Made by a program: the position numbers and the translations under genes
Shown here: positions 1 through 12,114 of the stretch, piece after piece
Layout: every line of letters begins with the position of its first letter
How positions within the stretch are numbered: position 1 is the stretch's first letter
Notes under the pieces: generated by a model
What the model saw: the letters and a program-made list of their open reading frames with translations, nothing else
Told to the model about the DNA's origin: nothing
Database searches by the model: none
Assembly: GCA_963845755.1 (NCBI GenBank)
Contig: CAWJTV010000029.1
Location: 288,001 to 352,000 of the forward strand
DNA: 64,000 nt
Source of the DNA: an uncultured Planctomycetota bacterium
GTDB taxonomy: Bacteria > Planctomycetota > Planctomycetia > Isosphaerales > Isosphaeraceae
Direction: 5' to 3'

Positions 1-140
1 TGCACGCAAGTGCCAGGTAGTCTACCGAATTCGTGACCTAAGATTAACGCTGTCGTCAGAGCACTCAAGTAGTTTAAATCATAACATTTATGGCGAATAG
101 CGTCATGTAATAGACGCATTTCCCCGGGGGAAGTCAACCC

Positions 141-1259
141 ATGCCGGCGCTGCGCGACTATGCACGCGAGCAGCTCGCCCTGGCGTCGGAGAAATCGCTC
201 AACCGCCGCATCGTGGAGACCGAGCGGCTGGGAGGCACGCGCGTGCGCCGGGGTGGGAAGGAATTCGTCTCGTTCAGTTGCAACGATTATCTCGGGCTGA
301 CGCATCATCCGAGGGTGATCGCCGCGGCCAGGGAGGCACTCGAGCGCTACGGCACCGGCGCGGCCGCTTCTCGACTGGTGACCGGGAGCCACCCGGTGTA
401 CGCCGAGCTCGAACGATCGCTCGCCGAGCTGAAGGGGACCGAGGCCGCGCTCGTCTTCGGTAGCGGCTACCTGGCGAATGTCGGCGTCATCCCGGCCCTG
501 GTCGGTCAGGACGACCTCATCGTCGCAGATCGCCTGTGCCACGCATGCATGTGGGACGGCGCACGCCTCTCGGGGGCATTGGTGATACGGTTCGAGCACA
601 ACGATCTCGGAGCGTGCCGGGACATCCTCGAAGCGCACCGGACGAAGTACGGGAGATGCCTGATCCTCACCGAGACGGTCTTCAGCATGGACGGGGACCG
701 CGCGCCGGTCGAGGAACTGGCTGGGCTCGCTGGTAGATACGATGCCTGGCTCATGACGGACGACGCGCACGGGCTGGGGATCTGCTCGTCAGAGGCCGCC
801 GACGTGCAGATGGGGACGCTCTCCAAGTCGGTCGGAAGTTGTGGCGGTTACGTCTGCGGCCCGGCCGAGCTGATCTCCTGGCTGGCAAACCGATCGCGGA
901 GCCTGTTGTTTTCCACCGGGCTGCCGCCGGCGTCGGTCGCCGCGGCCGTGGCCGCGCTTCGGATCATCCGGGACGATGAGGACCTGCGCGCGCGGCCGAT
1001 GGCGAATGCCAGGCGGTTCACGGACGCGCTCGGTCGCCCCGAGGCGGCCAGTCAAATCGTGCCCGTGATCGTCGGCGAGCCGAAGCGCGCGCTGGCGGCC
1101 TCGTCGATGCTGCAAGAGCATGGCCTGCTGGTCGTCGCGATCCGCCCGCCATCGGTCCCGGCCGGTACAGCACGACTCCGGTTCGCCTTCTCGGCGTTGC
1201 ACGAGGCCGAGCCTATCGAGCGGGCTGCGGCTCTGCTGAAGGAATATGGGTATGCTTGA
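141..1259 (+). CDS. bioF: 8-amino-7-oxononanoate synthase
   Basis: FSCNDYLGL, SRLVTG, VFSMDGD, DDAHG and GTLSK (PLP lysine) motifs; next to bioD/bioA. Confidence 0.95.
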   Translation: MPALRDYAREQLALASEKSLNRRIVETERLGGTRVRRGGKEFVSFSCNDYLGLTHHPRVIAAAREALERYGTGAAASRLVTGSHPVYAELERSLAELKGTEAALVFGSGYLANVGVIPALVGQDDLIVADRLCHACMWDGARLSGALVIRFEHNDLGACRDILEAHRTKYGRCLILTETVFSMDGDRAPVEELAGLAGRYDAWLMTDDAHGLGICSSEAADVQMGTLSKSVGSCGGYVCGPAELISWLANRSRSLLFSTGLPPASVAAAVAALRIIRDDEDLRARPMANARRFTDALGRPEAASQIVPVIVGEPKRALAASSMLQEHGLLVVAIRPPSVPAGTARLRFAFSALHEAEPIERAAALLKEYGYA

Positions 1260-1293
1260 GTGTTCTGCGCTCGGTATTAGCGGATAAACGCAG

Positions 1294-1364
1294 GGGATTC
1301 GAGATTCAAGATTCCGGATTCGAGATTCAAGATTCCGGATTCGAGATTCAAGATTCCAGAATTC
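1294..1364. repeat. Heptamer-based tandem repeat (GGATTCGAGATTCAAGATTCC x3)
   Basis: Directly visible 21-bp unit built from GATTC-core 7-mers, intergenic between bioF and bioD. Confidence 0.9.
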
Positions 1365-1435
1365 ATTATAAATTTAAGTATTAGAATTCGAACAATGTGA
1401 GACCCGAGGAAGCTTCCTCGAGTGGTGTGACTCGA

Positions 1436-3412
1436 ATGGAGCGTTATTTCATCACCGGCGTCGGCACGGGGGTCGGCAAGACGCTCGTCACCACGATCCT
1501 GTGCCATCAGCTCACGGCCGAGGGACGGAAGGTCACGGCCCTCAAGCCGGTGGTCTCGGGTTTTTCCGAAGCGGACCCGGCTAGTGACCCGGCGCTGATC
1601 CTTCGCAGCCTGGGACGATCGCCCACTCCCGAGGCGGTCGCGGGCATGGCGCCGTGGCGGTTCGCGGCACCCCTGTCCCCCCATCTCGCCGCGCGGCGCG
1701 AAAGTCGCTCGATCGATCTGGACGAGCTGGTCGCCTTCTGCCGCCGGCATGAGGACCATGGGCTCCTGCTGGTCGAAGGCGCGGGGGGCATCATGACGCC
1801 GATCGCCCCGAGCCAGACCGTCATCGACCTGATCCTCGCCCTCGATTATCCGGTGATCCTGGTCACCGGTACCTATCTGGGAGCCCTCAGCCACACGCTC
1901 ACGGCTTTGTCAGCCCTCCGGCATACCGGCACGCGAGTTCAGGCACTCGTCGTCTCCGAGTCGGAGGAGTGCGTTGGGCTCGCCGAGACGGTGGAGTCTC
2001 TCGGACCCTTTGCGGAGGACGACGTCCGGCTGATCGCCCTGCCGAGGCTCTCGGGCAGCCACGAAGCCAAGCTGCGTCAAGCGCCCCGCTTGAAGGGGGT
2101 CTGCGAACGTCCCATGACCGTCCCAACGACGTCATCCCGACCAACGTGGTATGAGGAGGGCTTGCCGCACGTCTGGCTGCCCTATTGCCAGATGAAGGTG
2201 GCGCCGCCGCCGCTGCCGGTCGCGCGGACCGAGGGCTGCCGCATCATCCTGGCCGACGGTCGCGAGTTGGTCGACGGCATCGCGTCGTGGTGGAGCGCCT
2301 GTCATGGGTATAACCCTCCCGAGATACGCGCGGCCGTGTCGCGTCAGCTCGCGATGATGCCACACGTGATGTTCGGCGGCCTGGCACATGAGCCGGCGTT
2401 CGTGCTGGCCCGGCGACTCACCGCGATGACTCCGCCGGGGCTGACGCGGGTTTTCTTCACGGATTCCGGGTCGATCGCCGTCGAAGTCGCGCTGAAGATC
2501 GCGCTGCAATACTGGCTCAATCGCGGCCGGTCCGAGAAGTGCCGATTCCTTTGCTTCGCGGACGGCTACCATGGCGACACCCTCGGCGCGATGGCCGTAT
2601 CCGATCCCGAGCGGTCGATGCACAAAGCGTTTCGCCAGGTGTTGGCCCGGCACCATGTCGTCGATGTCCCGACCGATGCGGATGCACTGGGACGACTCAA
2701 TGAGTTCCTCGAGGACAGGGCGCACGAAATCGCGGCGATGATCATCGAACCGCTGGTCCAGGGGGCGGGCGGGATGCGATTCCATCCACCGGAGATCCTC
2801 GCATCGCTGCACGCGATGGCCCTCGATCACGAGGTCCTGTTCATCGCCGACGAGATCGCCACGGGATTCTGGCGCACCGGCCATCGCTTCGCCTGCGACG
2901 CGGCCGACATCCGTCCCGATTTGCTCTGCCTGGGCAAGGCGCTCACAGGCGGCACGCTCCCTATGGGCGCGACCCTGGCTCGTGAAGAGGTATTCGAGGC
3001 GTTCCTGAGCGACGACTGGGACGCGGCCTTGATGCACGGACCCACATTCATGGCCAATCCGTTGGCCTGCGCGGCGGCCAACGCCTCGCTCGACCTCTTC
3101 GAGCGGGAGCCGAGAGAATCACAGATGCAAGCGATCGAGGCCGGCCTGCGCCGCGGACTGGAGCCGTGCCGGACGCTCCCCGAGGTCGTCGACGTGCGCG
3201 TGCGGGGGGCCGTCGGTGTCGTGCAGCTCGACCCTGGTGTGGACGTCTACGCGCTACGGACCCGGTTCGTCGAGCAGGGCGTCTGGGTGCGGCCGTTCAA
3301 GGACGTGGTTTATTTGATGCCTCCTCTGGTGATCGGCACCGAGGAATTAGAGACGCTCACCCGGGCGGTCCGGGGAGTCCTGGGCTGCGAGTCGCGACTG
3401 GCGAGTACGTAA
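1436..3412 (+). CDS. bioD/bioA: Dethiobiotin synthase (BioD, ~1436-2113) read in frame with DAPA aminotransferase (BioA, from ATG 2114)
   Basis: FITGVGTGVGKT, LKPV and VEGAGG (BioD); DGIASWW, SGSIAVEVALK, YHGDT, DEIATG and LGKALTGG (BioA). The fusion may be an indel artefact. Confidence 0.9.
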   Translation: MERYFITGVGTGVGKTLVTTILCHQLTAEGRKVTALKPVVSGFSEADPASDPALILRSLGRSPTPEAVAGMAPWRFAAPLSPHLAARRESRSIDLDELVAFCRRHEDHGLLLVEGAGGIMTPIAPSQTVIDLILALDYPVILVTGTYLGALSHTLTALSALRHTGTRVQALVVSESEECVGLAETVESLGPFAEDDVRLIALPRLSGSHEAKLRQAPRLKGVCERPMTVPTTSSRPTWYEEGLPHVWLPYCQMKVAPPPLPVARTEGCRIILADGRELVDGIASWWSACHGYNPPEIRAAVSRQLAMMPHVMFGGLAHEPAFVLARRLTAMTPPGLTRVFFTDSGSIAVEVALKIALQYWLNRGRSEKCRFLCFADGYHGDTLGAMAVSDPERSMHKAFRQVLARHHVVDVPTDADALGRLNEFLEDRAHEIAAMIIEPLVQGAGGMRFHPPEILASLHAMALDHEVLFIADEIATGFWRTGHRFACDAADIRPDLLCLGKALTGGTLPMGATLAREEVFEAFLSDDWDAALMHGPTFMANPLACAAANASLDLFEREPRESQMQAIEAGLRRGLEPCRTLPEVVDVRVRGAVGVVQLDPGVDVYALRTRFVEQGVWVRPFKDVVYLMPPLVIGTEELETLTRAVRGVLGCESRLAST

Positions 3413-3481
3413 ACCGATTCTCCTCGCCACTCGCCACTGATGAAGCGGACAGACCGAGCTCGCACCGCCATCCATCGCGCG

Positions 3482-4612
3482 CTACAACCGCCAAGCCACG
3501 CCCCACCGCGGATGGGCGCGATGCCAGCGGAGGTCGTCTTTGTGGTGGAAGTAATAGGTCCCGAGGAGGCGCATGACCACGACGGCGGTCCAGTGGACGA
3601 TGATCCAGCATCCGAGACTGAGGGGGACATAGAGCCAGAAGAGGTATCCCCGGACCACGACGATCAGGGCGAAGAGCCCGAGCGCCAGGGCGATGGTCAT
3701 TGCGATGAAGGCACTGAGCACCCAGAAGGACGGTCCCAATCGGAAAAGGCCCAGGATCACATTCCACGGCTTGGGGGCCAGCGCGTCGTCGTGCAGGAAG
3801 CTGATCATCAAGGCCGCGAGGATGTAGGGGATTCCGGCCAGCCCCAGAATCACGGCGATCCACGGATTGACGGACTCATTGTCTCTCAACAAGGCATACC
3901 ACCAGGCCGGGAACAGGCCGACGCCCAGCCCGAGGACGAACCACACAAACCACGGACTCAGCCCGTTGAAGAATCCGTCGAAGTTGCGCTGGGGCGATTG
4001 CGGGGGCGTGGTTTCACCCATTGCGCTCGAGACCAGGACGCGGCCCAGATACTGGAGCGCATAAGAGAACACGAACGGACTGAGGAGGACGACCGGCGTT
4101 CCCGTGATCATGATGAAGAGCTGGCCGAGCAGCCCGCCGCCCATGGAGGCGGCATCCTGCATGAGCTGGATGCAATACTCCGGCACCAGGCCGTAGAAGA
4201 ACCATGAGATGGCCGCCAGGGCTCCGATCACACCCAGGCTCTCGGCCCCGCGCAGCGGATAAAGGAAGCTGACGAACCACGATCGCTCCGGCCGGCTCAG
4301 GGGCGGGAGAGGTCCATCGGCCATCGGGCCCCGGTTCCTCGGCGGTCCGGGAGCCTCGCGTTGTCGTCGCTTTCGCTTCGGCTTCGGGCTGTCTGGCCGA
4401 GCGGCGACCTCCTCGACGTTCCGCGTCAAGCCGTAGCCGCCGGCCATCGGCTCGTCCGCGTCGGGACGTCGCGGTCGCGACGACTCCACGGGCGGATTCA
4501 CGGGCATTTCGAGCCGACCCCCACAACTGGGGCACCGACCCACCCGGCCCGGCTTGGCGCCGGGTGCCCTCACCCGCATCCCGCACCCACAGACCAAGAC
4601 CGGTACGTCCAT
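3482..4612 (-). CDS. Membrane protein with N-terminal Zn-ribbon (CxC...CPxC) and multi-TM C-terminus
   Basis: Distal part of ORF 3482..7879 from MDVPVLVCGCG; several hydrophobic segments. Confidence 0.75.
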   Translation of the reverse strand: MDVPVLVCGCGMRVRAPGAKPGRVGRCPSCGGRLEMPVNPPVESSRPRRPDADEPMAGGYGLTRNVEEVAARPDSPKPKRKRRQREAPGPPRNRGPMADGPLPPLSRPERSWFVSFLYPLRGAESLGVIGALAAISWFFYGLVPEYCIQLMQDAASMGGGLLGQLFIMITGTPVVLLSPFVFSYALQYLGRVLVSSAMGETTPPQSPQRNFDGFFNGLSPWFVWFVLGLGVGLFPAWWYALLRDNESVNPWIAVILGLAGIPYILAALMISFLHDDALAPKPWNVILGLFRLGPSFWVLSAFIAMTIALALGLFALIVVVRGYLFWLYVPLSLGCWIIVHWTAVVVMRLLGTYYFHHKDDLRWHRAHPRWGVAWRL

Positions 4613-4700
4613 CGAATCTCCCGGCACACCCCATCTATCAGGCCACACCGCCAAGGCGTCTCGCGAGCAACGACAATTGTAAATGGGAGGAATCGGGTCG

Positions 4701-6577
4701 TCAATACGGGGCCGTAGGTGTCCGGGGCTGGGCCGGGCCGAGGAGTCGATGGAGTTCGGCGAGGCCGTTACGGGCGCCGGGGTGGTCCGGTTCGAGCCGT
4801 AGTGCCGCTGCGAAGTGGGCGGCGGCCTCATCGTGTCGTTTTTGCGCGGCCAGCACGTCGCCGAGGGAAACGTGGACCTGCGCCCGGTCAGGGGCGAGCC
4901 GGGCGGCCTCGTTGAGCTGTTCGGCGGCTTCCGCGAGCCGTCCTTCCCAGAAGAGCCCAGGCCGAGATGATGGCGGAGGTCGAATCGATCGGGGGCCAAC
5001 CGCACGGCCTCGGCGAGTTGGGCAAACGCTCCCTGGGCGTCGCCGCGAGTGCTCAGGGCGATGCCGAGGTTTTCTCGGGCGTCGGGGTTGACCGGGTCGA
5101 TGAGGATCGCCTTGCGGAGTTGGGACATCCCGGCCGCACCCCGGCCCGTGGCGATCAGGTCCAGGCCGAAGTTGCTCACGAGGAGCCCGTCGCGGCCGGA
5201 GCCGACCCGCAGAGCGTGGGCCACGAGCGTCTCCGAATCCCGCCAGGTCCGGCACTGGGCTCGACTCATCACGCTCAGGACCACGATCAAGCCGAACCCC
5301 GCGGCGACGATCGCGATGGCGAGCGACCGGGGCCATCGCGACACCGTGACCCAACGGACCAGCCCTCCGGCCAGGAGCACGAACATCGGCATCGTCGCGA
5401 GGTAACTGGCGCGATCGGACGCGAGCATCACGTCGTACGAGACCAGGCCGAGGGTTGGAGCCAGCAGCGTCGCGTAAGCGAGCAATGCGGCGGGAATCAC
5501 CGGCCAACGCCGGCCCAGGACCACGGCGGCGACCCCGATCGTCGCGACGACCGCGAGACTCCCCGCGAACCGGCCCTCGGTCAGTTCCATCCGAGCAGGC
5601 CGATAGTGGTACGCCGACAGGTTTGCCGGCCAGACTGTCTTGCAAAGGTGATAGTCCAGCCCGTAAGCGGCAACCGCCGTGCGCCGGACGAACATCGGCG
5701 CGCCATTCGCGTCCGGGTCGAGGAGACGCTCCGGCCCTCCCTTCGCCTGGATCGCGACCAACGCCGCGGCGACCGCCAGGGCCAGGAAGGGAAGTTTCTC
5801 GAGCCAGAGACCCGCCGTCGAACGCCCTTCGCCGAAGCGGTGTAGGACGACCACGTCCAGGATCAATAGCACCACGGGCAAGCCGATCGCGATGGTCTTG
5901 CAACCCAGGGCCGCCGCATACAAACCGCACGAGGCCAGGAGCCAGCCGAGATGTCGCCGGCCCTGACCCCACGTGCGCAGATAGGCGAGCACCGACAGAA
6001 TCGCAAACCCTGCACTGGGGAGGTAGGGCTGGCAAGATGCCCAGGCTACGACCTCGACACGGAGGGGATGCACCGCGAACACTCCGGCCACCAACCCCGA
6101 CATCACGGGGATCGCCCACCGACGCTCTGGCTCGATCTCGGGGAGGGCTCGCGACACCAGGACGCGGATCAGGATATAAAGCAGAACCGCGTTGGCCGCG
6201 TGCAGGAGGAGGCTCCCCAGGTGGTAGCCCGCCGGCTCCAGCCCCACGACGCAGTACTCCGCCTCCAGGAGCATCCAGCCAATCGGCTGATACACGCCCA
6301 GTAACAGGGTCGTCCAGGCCCAGCGCACCTGGACCCAGCCCAGACCGCGGAAGCCCGGGTTGTTCAGGAAGTTGACCCCATCATCCCACTGGACCACGAA
6401 CTGATTGTTCAGCGCTGGCAGAAATGCCCAGACGGCCGCCAGGATGACCGCGACGGCGATCCCCCGGGTCAGGAGTTTCTGACACCATGGGCCGATCGAC
6501 GATCTGGAATCCACGCGCACGCCTAATGGACTGGATCGAGATCCTGTCATCATCTGATTAGCGACGAGACTCCTCAT
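4701..6577 (-). CDS. TMTC-like multi-TM glycosyltransferase-family protein with C-terminal TPRs (frameshift ~4960)
   Basis: WDD...YQP...YHL...LH...HPLRVEVVAW motifs, DRASY, WRDSETL, then TPR repeats continuing in ORF 4701..6119; start overlaps selB stop (ATGA). Confidence 0.8.
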
Positions 6578-8513
6578 TGTGGGGGGTTCGATTCCGCCAG
6601 GCGGCGAACGTCGCCCTGGCGCCGGGTCAGGCCGATGCGGTCGAGGTATTCGCCGATCGGGACGGCGTAGCGGCGGGTGGTGCCGAGGAGATCGCGGAGC
6701 TCGGCCATGGTCAGGGAGGAGCCGTCGGCGAGCCGGTCGCGGACGCGGCGACGGAGCTCGATGTCCGTATCGGCGTCGAGATACAGTCCGGTGTTGATCT
6801 CGGCGATCCGTTGCTCGTCCCGGAGCAGGGCGAGCAGATCGGGGACGACCGCACCGCGAGGACCGGCGGAGGCGGCGAGCTCGGCGGCGTCGGGGGGGCT
6901 CATCCCGCCGGCGCGGATCGCTTCCGCCAGCTCCTGCTTGAGCCGGCGCTCGGCCTGGCTGAGCCGCGGCTCGTGGCCGGAAAGCGCCACGGTGCGCGCG
7001 TCGGCGATGATCTTGCCCTGGTGTTTCAGCCGGTCGAGCAGCCCAGCCACGAGGGCGTCGCTCGCCAGGTCGGGGAGCGACGCCGCCAGGTGGGTGCGCG
7101 GGATCGCCGTCTGTCGCGGGTGGGCCGCATGCAGCCGGGCTAACGCGCGCAACACGCGGTCCTCGAGGTCGGCTACGAATTCGCGGAGTACGCGGCACGG
7201 TGCGCCGGGGGCCAAGGGGTAGCTCGACGAGTGCGCCCGAGTCCGCCAGCGCCGCCAGGCCGGCTTCGACTCGGTCGACGGCCAGCCCCGTGAGTGCGGA
7301 CAGGCGGCGCTCGGTCCAGTGAGCGAGGCCCAGGAAGGTCAGGGCGGTCGCCAGGCGAACGAGCGGGTCGCTCGAATCTAATCGCCAGAGCCGCTCGATC
7401 GCCGTGAGGTCGCGGCGCCGGTAGCGGCGCGAGACCGGCTGGACGACGCGCCCGCCACCGAGCGTGGCCGGCGGACTCTCCTCGCGGAGCACGAACGGCT
7501 CTCCGTGGACTGCGACGATCGGCTCGGCCGCGAAGAGTTGGGCGAGCCGCGGCCGGTCCAGATTCGCCTCGTCGGGCTCCAGGAGCGAGAGCACCACGGG
7601 AACCTCGGCGGTACCCAGGTGCAGCTTGTAGCGGCCGCGGTGCCGCAGCCGGTGGACCGACTCGCTGGACGCGACCAGGTCAACCGAGAGGATTCGCGTC
7701 GGTTCGAGGTATCCCGGCGCGGCCAGTTCCTGGCCCCGGCGGATCTCCGTATGATGGACGCCGGCCAAATTGATGGCGGCCCGCGAGCCGCGGCCGATCC
7801 AGTTCGACCGGCTGGTCGTGGCGATGGAGCCCCCGGACGCGGACCGGCCGGCCGGTCGGAAGCCATTCGAGCTCGTCACCTACTGTGACCCGGCCCGAGG
7901 CGACCGTCCCCGTCACCACGGTCCCGTGTCCGGCCACCGTGAACGAGCGGTCGATCGCCAGCCGGAAGACGCCCGTGTCGTGGCCGGGCTCGACCGTGTC
8001 GCAGAGCGCCTCCAGCTCCTGCCTGAGCACGTCGATTCCCTGGCCGGTTAGCGCGGAGGTCCGCACGATCGCGGCGCCCTCCAGGAAGGTCCCCTGCACC
8101 AGCGATCGAACCTCCTCCTCCACCATGTCGAGCCAGCCCGGCTCGGCCAGGTCGCACTTCGTCAGGACCACGACCCCGCCCGACAACCTCAAGAGGCGGA
8201 GGATCTCCAGGTGCTCCCGGGTCTGGGGCATCACCGAGTCGTCGGCGGCGACGATCAGCATGGCGAGGTCGAGCCCCGATGCCCCCGCCAGCATGTTCCG
8301 GATGAATCGCTCGTGACCGGGCACGTCTACGAGCGCGAGCCGGTAGTCGCCCAGTGGGAGCGACGTAAAGCCCAGGTCGATGGTGATCCCGCGCCGTTTC
8401 TCCTCGGGGAGCCGGTCGGTGTCGACGCCCGTCAGGGCGCGGACCAGCGCCGTCTTGCCGTGGTCGATATGCCCGGCCGTGCCCAGCACGAAGTCGCGGA
8501 TTCGTTCGTTCAT
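6574..8513 (-). CDS. selB: Selenocysteine-specific elongation factor (frameshifts ~7800 and ~7200)
   Basis: [46 protein letters not shown]-terminal winged-helix [19 protein letters not shown]; split over three frames. Confidence 0.92.
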
Positions 8514-8548
8514 CGCATGGCGATCCGGCCGGAGGGTTTCGGCCGAGC

Positions 8549-10484
8549 CTATTTGGCGGCGGGTGCCGTTGATCTCGACGCCGCGTCTTTCTCCCGGGCT
8601 TCCTTCATCGCCTTCTCATGCTTCTCGCGGAATTCCTGCATCTGCTTGTGGAAAATCTCCATGAGATCGTCCTTCTCGCCGGACTTGGTGAGGTCCTGTC
8701 CCTTCTTGGTCACGGCGATGAAGCCGACGATCATCTCGTCGGTGGTCGCCTCACCCCACTTGACCAGCTTCGGCGGCTTGTTCGGATTATGTGGGTTGGA
8801 TGCGGAATTGTCATAGTGGGAGACGACGTTGAGCACGGAGCCCTTGGGGATCTCCAGCGGCTTCTCGAAGAAGTAGGAATACTGCCAGTTGAAGTCCCAG
8901 GCATCGATCTTGATCAGGTCCTGCTCGCGGCCGTCGGGGTACTTGATCGACATGGCGATGTCGCGCCCCAGGAGGTGCATGTGGGGCGTCACGGCATACG
9001 CGACCACGTCAACCGGGATCGGCCAGGCGGCCCTGGCCTCGATGTGGGAGTTTCCCGGCGGCAGCTCGAGTCCCGGGTTGGCCGCGGCGGCCCAATGAAG
9101 GGTCTGCCGGATCGGCTTGCGCGAAATGGAGGCCGATCCGTGTGCGGTCGGTCTCGGCCTTGCCGTTGGGATGGTAATGGACCTGGACGATGATATCGGA
9201 CGCGCGAGGCAGCGACCGGCCGATGCCGTCGGGCAACGGGCTGGGCTGAATGCCGGGTGCCCAGCCGCCTAGGTCACCGTGGACCGGCTCACCCGGTCCG
9301 CTGAAGCAGGAGTAACCGGGACCCGGATCGGCCGCATCCCGCTCCCGAGCCTTGCCCGAGATGTCCACGTAAGCCAGGAGGTGATGGACGACCCGGCGAT
9401 TGCCGGGCCGATACTCGATCGCCGTGACGTATTGATCCTTCTCCAGCTTGGTCGGGATCACGAAGCAGCGGTAGATGTCGTCCCCCGAGGCGGGGATCGT
9501 GAAGTCCGCCCCCATATCGACGATCAGGTCGGGCGTGCCGAGCTGCCAGTCGTCGGCAAATTTGGGCGGCGGCGGGAGGTCCCGTGGATCGCCTTCCGGA
9601 GCACCGGCCTCGGACCATGCGGTGATGGTGACGATCTCCTTGTCCGAGAGGAGCCGCTCGTCCTTGAACTTGACCCCGATATGCGGCGATGCCTTCCAGG
9701 GGGGCATCAGGCGATCCTCGATGACGGTCACGAGGTCTTTCGCCCGCTTCCGCGCCTGCTCGTAAGTTTCGAGGGAAAAGGGCCCGACCTGGCCCTGGCG
9801 GTGGCATTCCTGGCAGTTCTTCTGGAGGATCGGCGCGACGTCCTTGGTGTACGTCGGTCGGGCCGTGACCTCGGGAGCCTCGGGGATCGGGCAGCCGATG
9901 GCGGCGACGTGCGGCGCGGCGACCTCTTTCCCGCCCAAAACCGCCGCGATCGCGTCCTTCAGCTCGCTGCCACTCGGCGCAGCGTTCCTCACGCGGCGGG
10001 CGACGTACTGGTCGTCGATCCGACCGTGGTAGCGGACCTGTCCCTTGTCGTCCAGGACGAACGCCTCGGGCGTCATGGTCGCACCGATCTTGCGGGCGAA
10101 CCAGCCGTAGCGATCGCGCGCGACCCGGAGCTTCAGCCGGAAGTCCTGCGAGTGGGTGCGTACTTCGGAATCGCTCAGGTCCGGGTCGACGCAAACCCCG
10201 ACCCACTGCACCGACGGTTTCCCGAACCTGGCGACGAGCTCATCGAGGGTGGGACTGTAGGCGTTGGAGATGGGACATTCCGTGGAGTAGAAGATCAACA
10301 CCGTGGCCCCGCCCGCCGGCGCGGCGAGCGGGATTCGCTCATGATCCAGACCGGGGAGTGTGGTTTGCTTCAGCACCGCAGGGGAGCTGCCCTGCACGGA
10401 CCCACTGAATCCGATCAGAGACATCAGACAGCCCGCAATCACGAGCCCGCGGACGATCGAGGCAGTGACGGTCTTCACTGGCAT
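8549..10484 (-). CDS. Redoxin + CxxCH + copper type II ascorbate-dependent monooxygenase-like protein (frameshift ~9120)
   Basis: STECP redoxin region, CQECH, VVHH, QVHYH, PHMHLLG, WDFNWQ, DEM. Confidence 0.85.
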
Positions 10485-10835
10485 GATGTTGGATCCTTCG
10501 TTCATTCGACTGATCTGCGTCGATGTTCGTGCTTGCATCGAATCGCGGCGTCCCGAACCGAGTTCGATGCGAGGGGACACCGCCCAGGATTCCCGGGGCG
10601 TCCTCCGCGGCGGTGCAACTCCGACGCGCGATATCCGGATGCGCGAGGAGTTCCACCTTGATCCATTTTACAGGAACCCGGTGGTCAAGACCAGACCGAT
10701 GGAGGGCCGATCGCGTCGGTTGACATGAAGAATCCCCGTAAGATGTTGAGGGGATCGGGCGATCTTACGGTCGTTAATCTCAGGCGGAGTGAGGCGAGAT
10801 TTGTTGACCTGCCCACGGTGATCTTTCCCCGCTCT

Positions 10836-11906
10836 TCAACCGATCGTGGCGGCGGGTAGAGCCTGGGAGGCGCCGAAGACCTTCAAGTCGCGGGGAACGA
10901 CGAAGATGTCGTCTCCGGGCTGCAAGTCCAGCTCGGCTCGGCGCTCGCGGGAGACCTGGGCGCGGACCTCCGTACCGTCCTTGAGGAGGAGCTCCAGACG
11001 AACGAGCCCGCCCAGCGGGACCACCTGGCAGACCCGCCCGGGCCAGGAGGGATGGCCGTTGAGCTGGCGGGTCACGTCGATGTCGTGGGGTCGGACGTAG
11101 ATGGTTACCGGTCCGTCGGGTGCGGAGTGTCCCATCGGCGCGAGGATCCCGTCTCCCAGGACCGCCTGACCATCGCGGCAACGGCCGCGCAGGACGTTGA
11201 CCGAGCCGAGGAACTCGGCCACGAACGGCGTCGCCGGATGCTCGTACAACTGCTGGGGCGGACCCATCTGCTCGACGCGGCCCTTGTTCAAGACGATCAC
11301 CTGGCCCGCGACCTCGAATGCCTCCTGCTGGTCGTGCGTGACGAACAGGCTGGTGACATGGACCTCGTCGTGCAGCCGGCGGAGCCAGGTGCGCAACTCG
11401 TCGCGCACGCGGGCATCGAGGGCGCCGAAGGGCTCGTCGAGGAGCAGGACCCGGGGCCGCGGGGCCAGTGCCCGCGCCAGGGCCACGCGCTGCCGCTGGC
11501 CACCCGAGAGCTGCGACGGATATCGATCCGCGTAGCCGCTCATCTGGATCAGCTCGAGCAATTCCTCGACCCGTGCGCGGATCTCCGCCCGGGGAAGCTT
11601 CTGGACCTCCAGGCCGAAGGCGATGTTCCGGCGGACTGTCATGTGGCGGAACAGGGCATAGTGCTGGAAGACGAACCCGACCCCGCGGCGCTGCACGGGC
11701 AAATCGGTCGCGTCTTCGCCGGTCAGTTCCACGGTCCCGGAGTCGGCCGGCTCCAGGCCGGCGATGATCCGGAGCAGCGTGCTCTTACCCGAGCCCGACG
11801 GGCCGAGCAGGGCCACAAGCTCCCCCGCCGGGACCGCGAACGTCACATTGTCGACGGCCTGGAACGACCCGAACCGCCTGGCGAGGTTCTCAACGCGGAT
11901 AGCCAT
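10836..11906 (-). CDS. cysA: Sulfate/thiosulfate ABC transporter ATP-binding protein
   Basis: [36 protein letters not shown]-terminal TOBE; downstream of cysTW. Confidence 0.95.
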   Translation of the reverse strand: MAIRVENLARRFGSFQAVDNVTFAVPAGELVALLGPSGSGKSTLLRIIAGLEPADSGTVELTGEDATDLPVQRRGVGFVFQHYALFRHMTVRRNIAFGLEVQKLPRAEIRARVEELLELIQMSGYADRYPSQLSGGQRQRVALARALAPRPRVLLLDEPFGALDARVRDELRTWLRRLHDEVHVTSLFVTHDQQEAFEVAGQVIVLNKGRVEQMGPPQQLYEHPATPFVAEFLGSVNVLRGRCRDGQAVLGDGILAPMGHSAPDGPVTIYVRPHDIDVTRQLNGHPSWPGRVCQVVPLGGLVRLELLLKDGTEVRAQVSRERRAELDLQPGDDIFVVPRDLKVFGASQALPAATIG

Positions 11907-11954
11907 GTCGGCGCCCTCTCCCTCACGCGGCCTTCGGCCGCGACTGAATAAGGT

Positions 11955-12045
11955 TTGAGATTCAGGATTCAAGATTTAAATATCAAAACTCCAGAATCAC
12001 TCCATTGGGAATCTCGGATCTCGAATTCTGAATCTTGAATCTGGT
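11955..12045. repeat. Heptamer GATTC/GAATC repeats in inverted arrangement
   Basis: gagattcaggattcaagatt ... gaatctcggatctcgaattctgaatcttgaatc between cysW and cysA. Confidence 0.7.
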
Positions 12046-12114
12046 GAATGCGATGATTGCGTGCCGGCCACCCGGCCTGAGCGCCAGGTCGAAGGCAAGA
12101 ATTCGGAAATCCCT

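Noticed and set aside
1..15. Minus-strand TGGCACTTGCGTGCA resembling a sigma-54 promoter
   Set aside because: GG-to-GC spacing is 9 rather than 10 and the downstream gene is outside the window
6580..6605. GGTTCGATTCC T-loop-like string (possible tRNA-Sec)
   Set aside because: Lies antisense within the selB 3' end, with no cloverleaf
3482..7879. 1465-aa ORF looking like a SelB-glycosyltransferase-Zn-ribbon fusion
   Set aside because: It strings together parts of three genes through off-frame, stop-free GC-rich stretches created by indels
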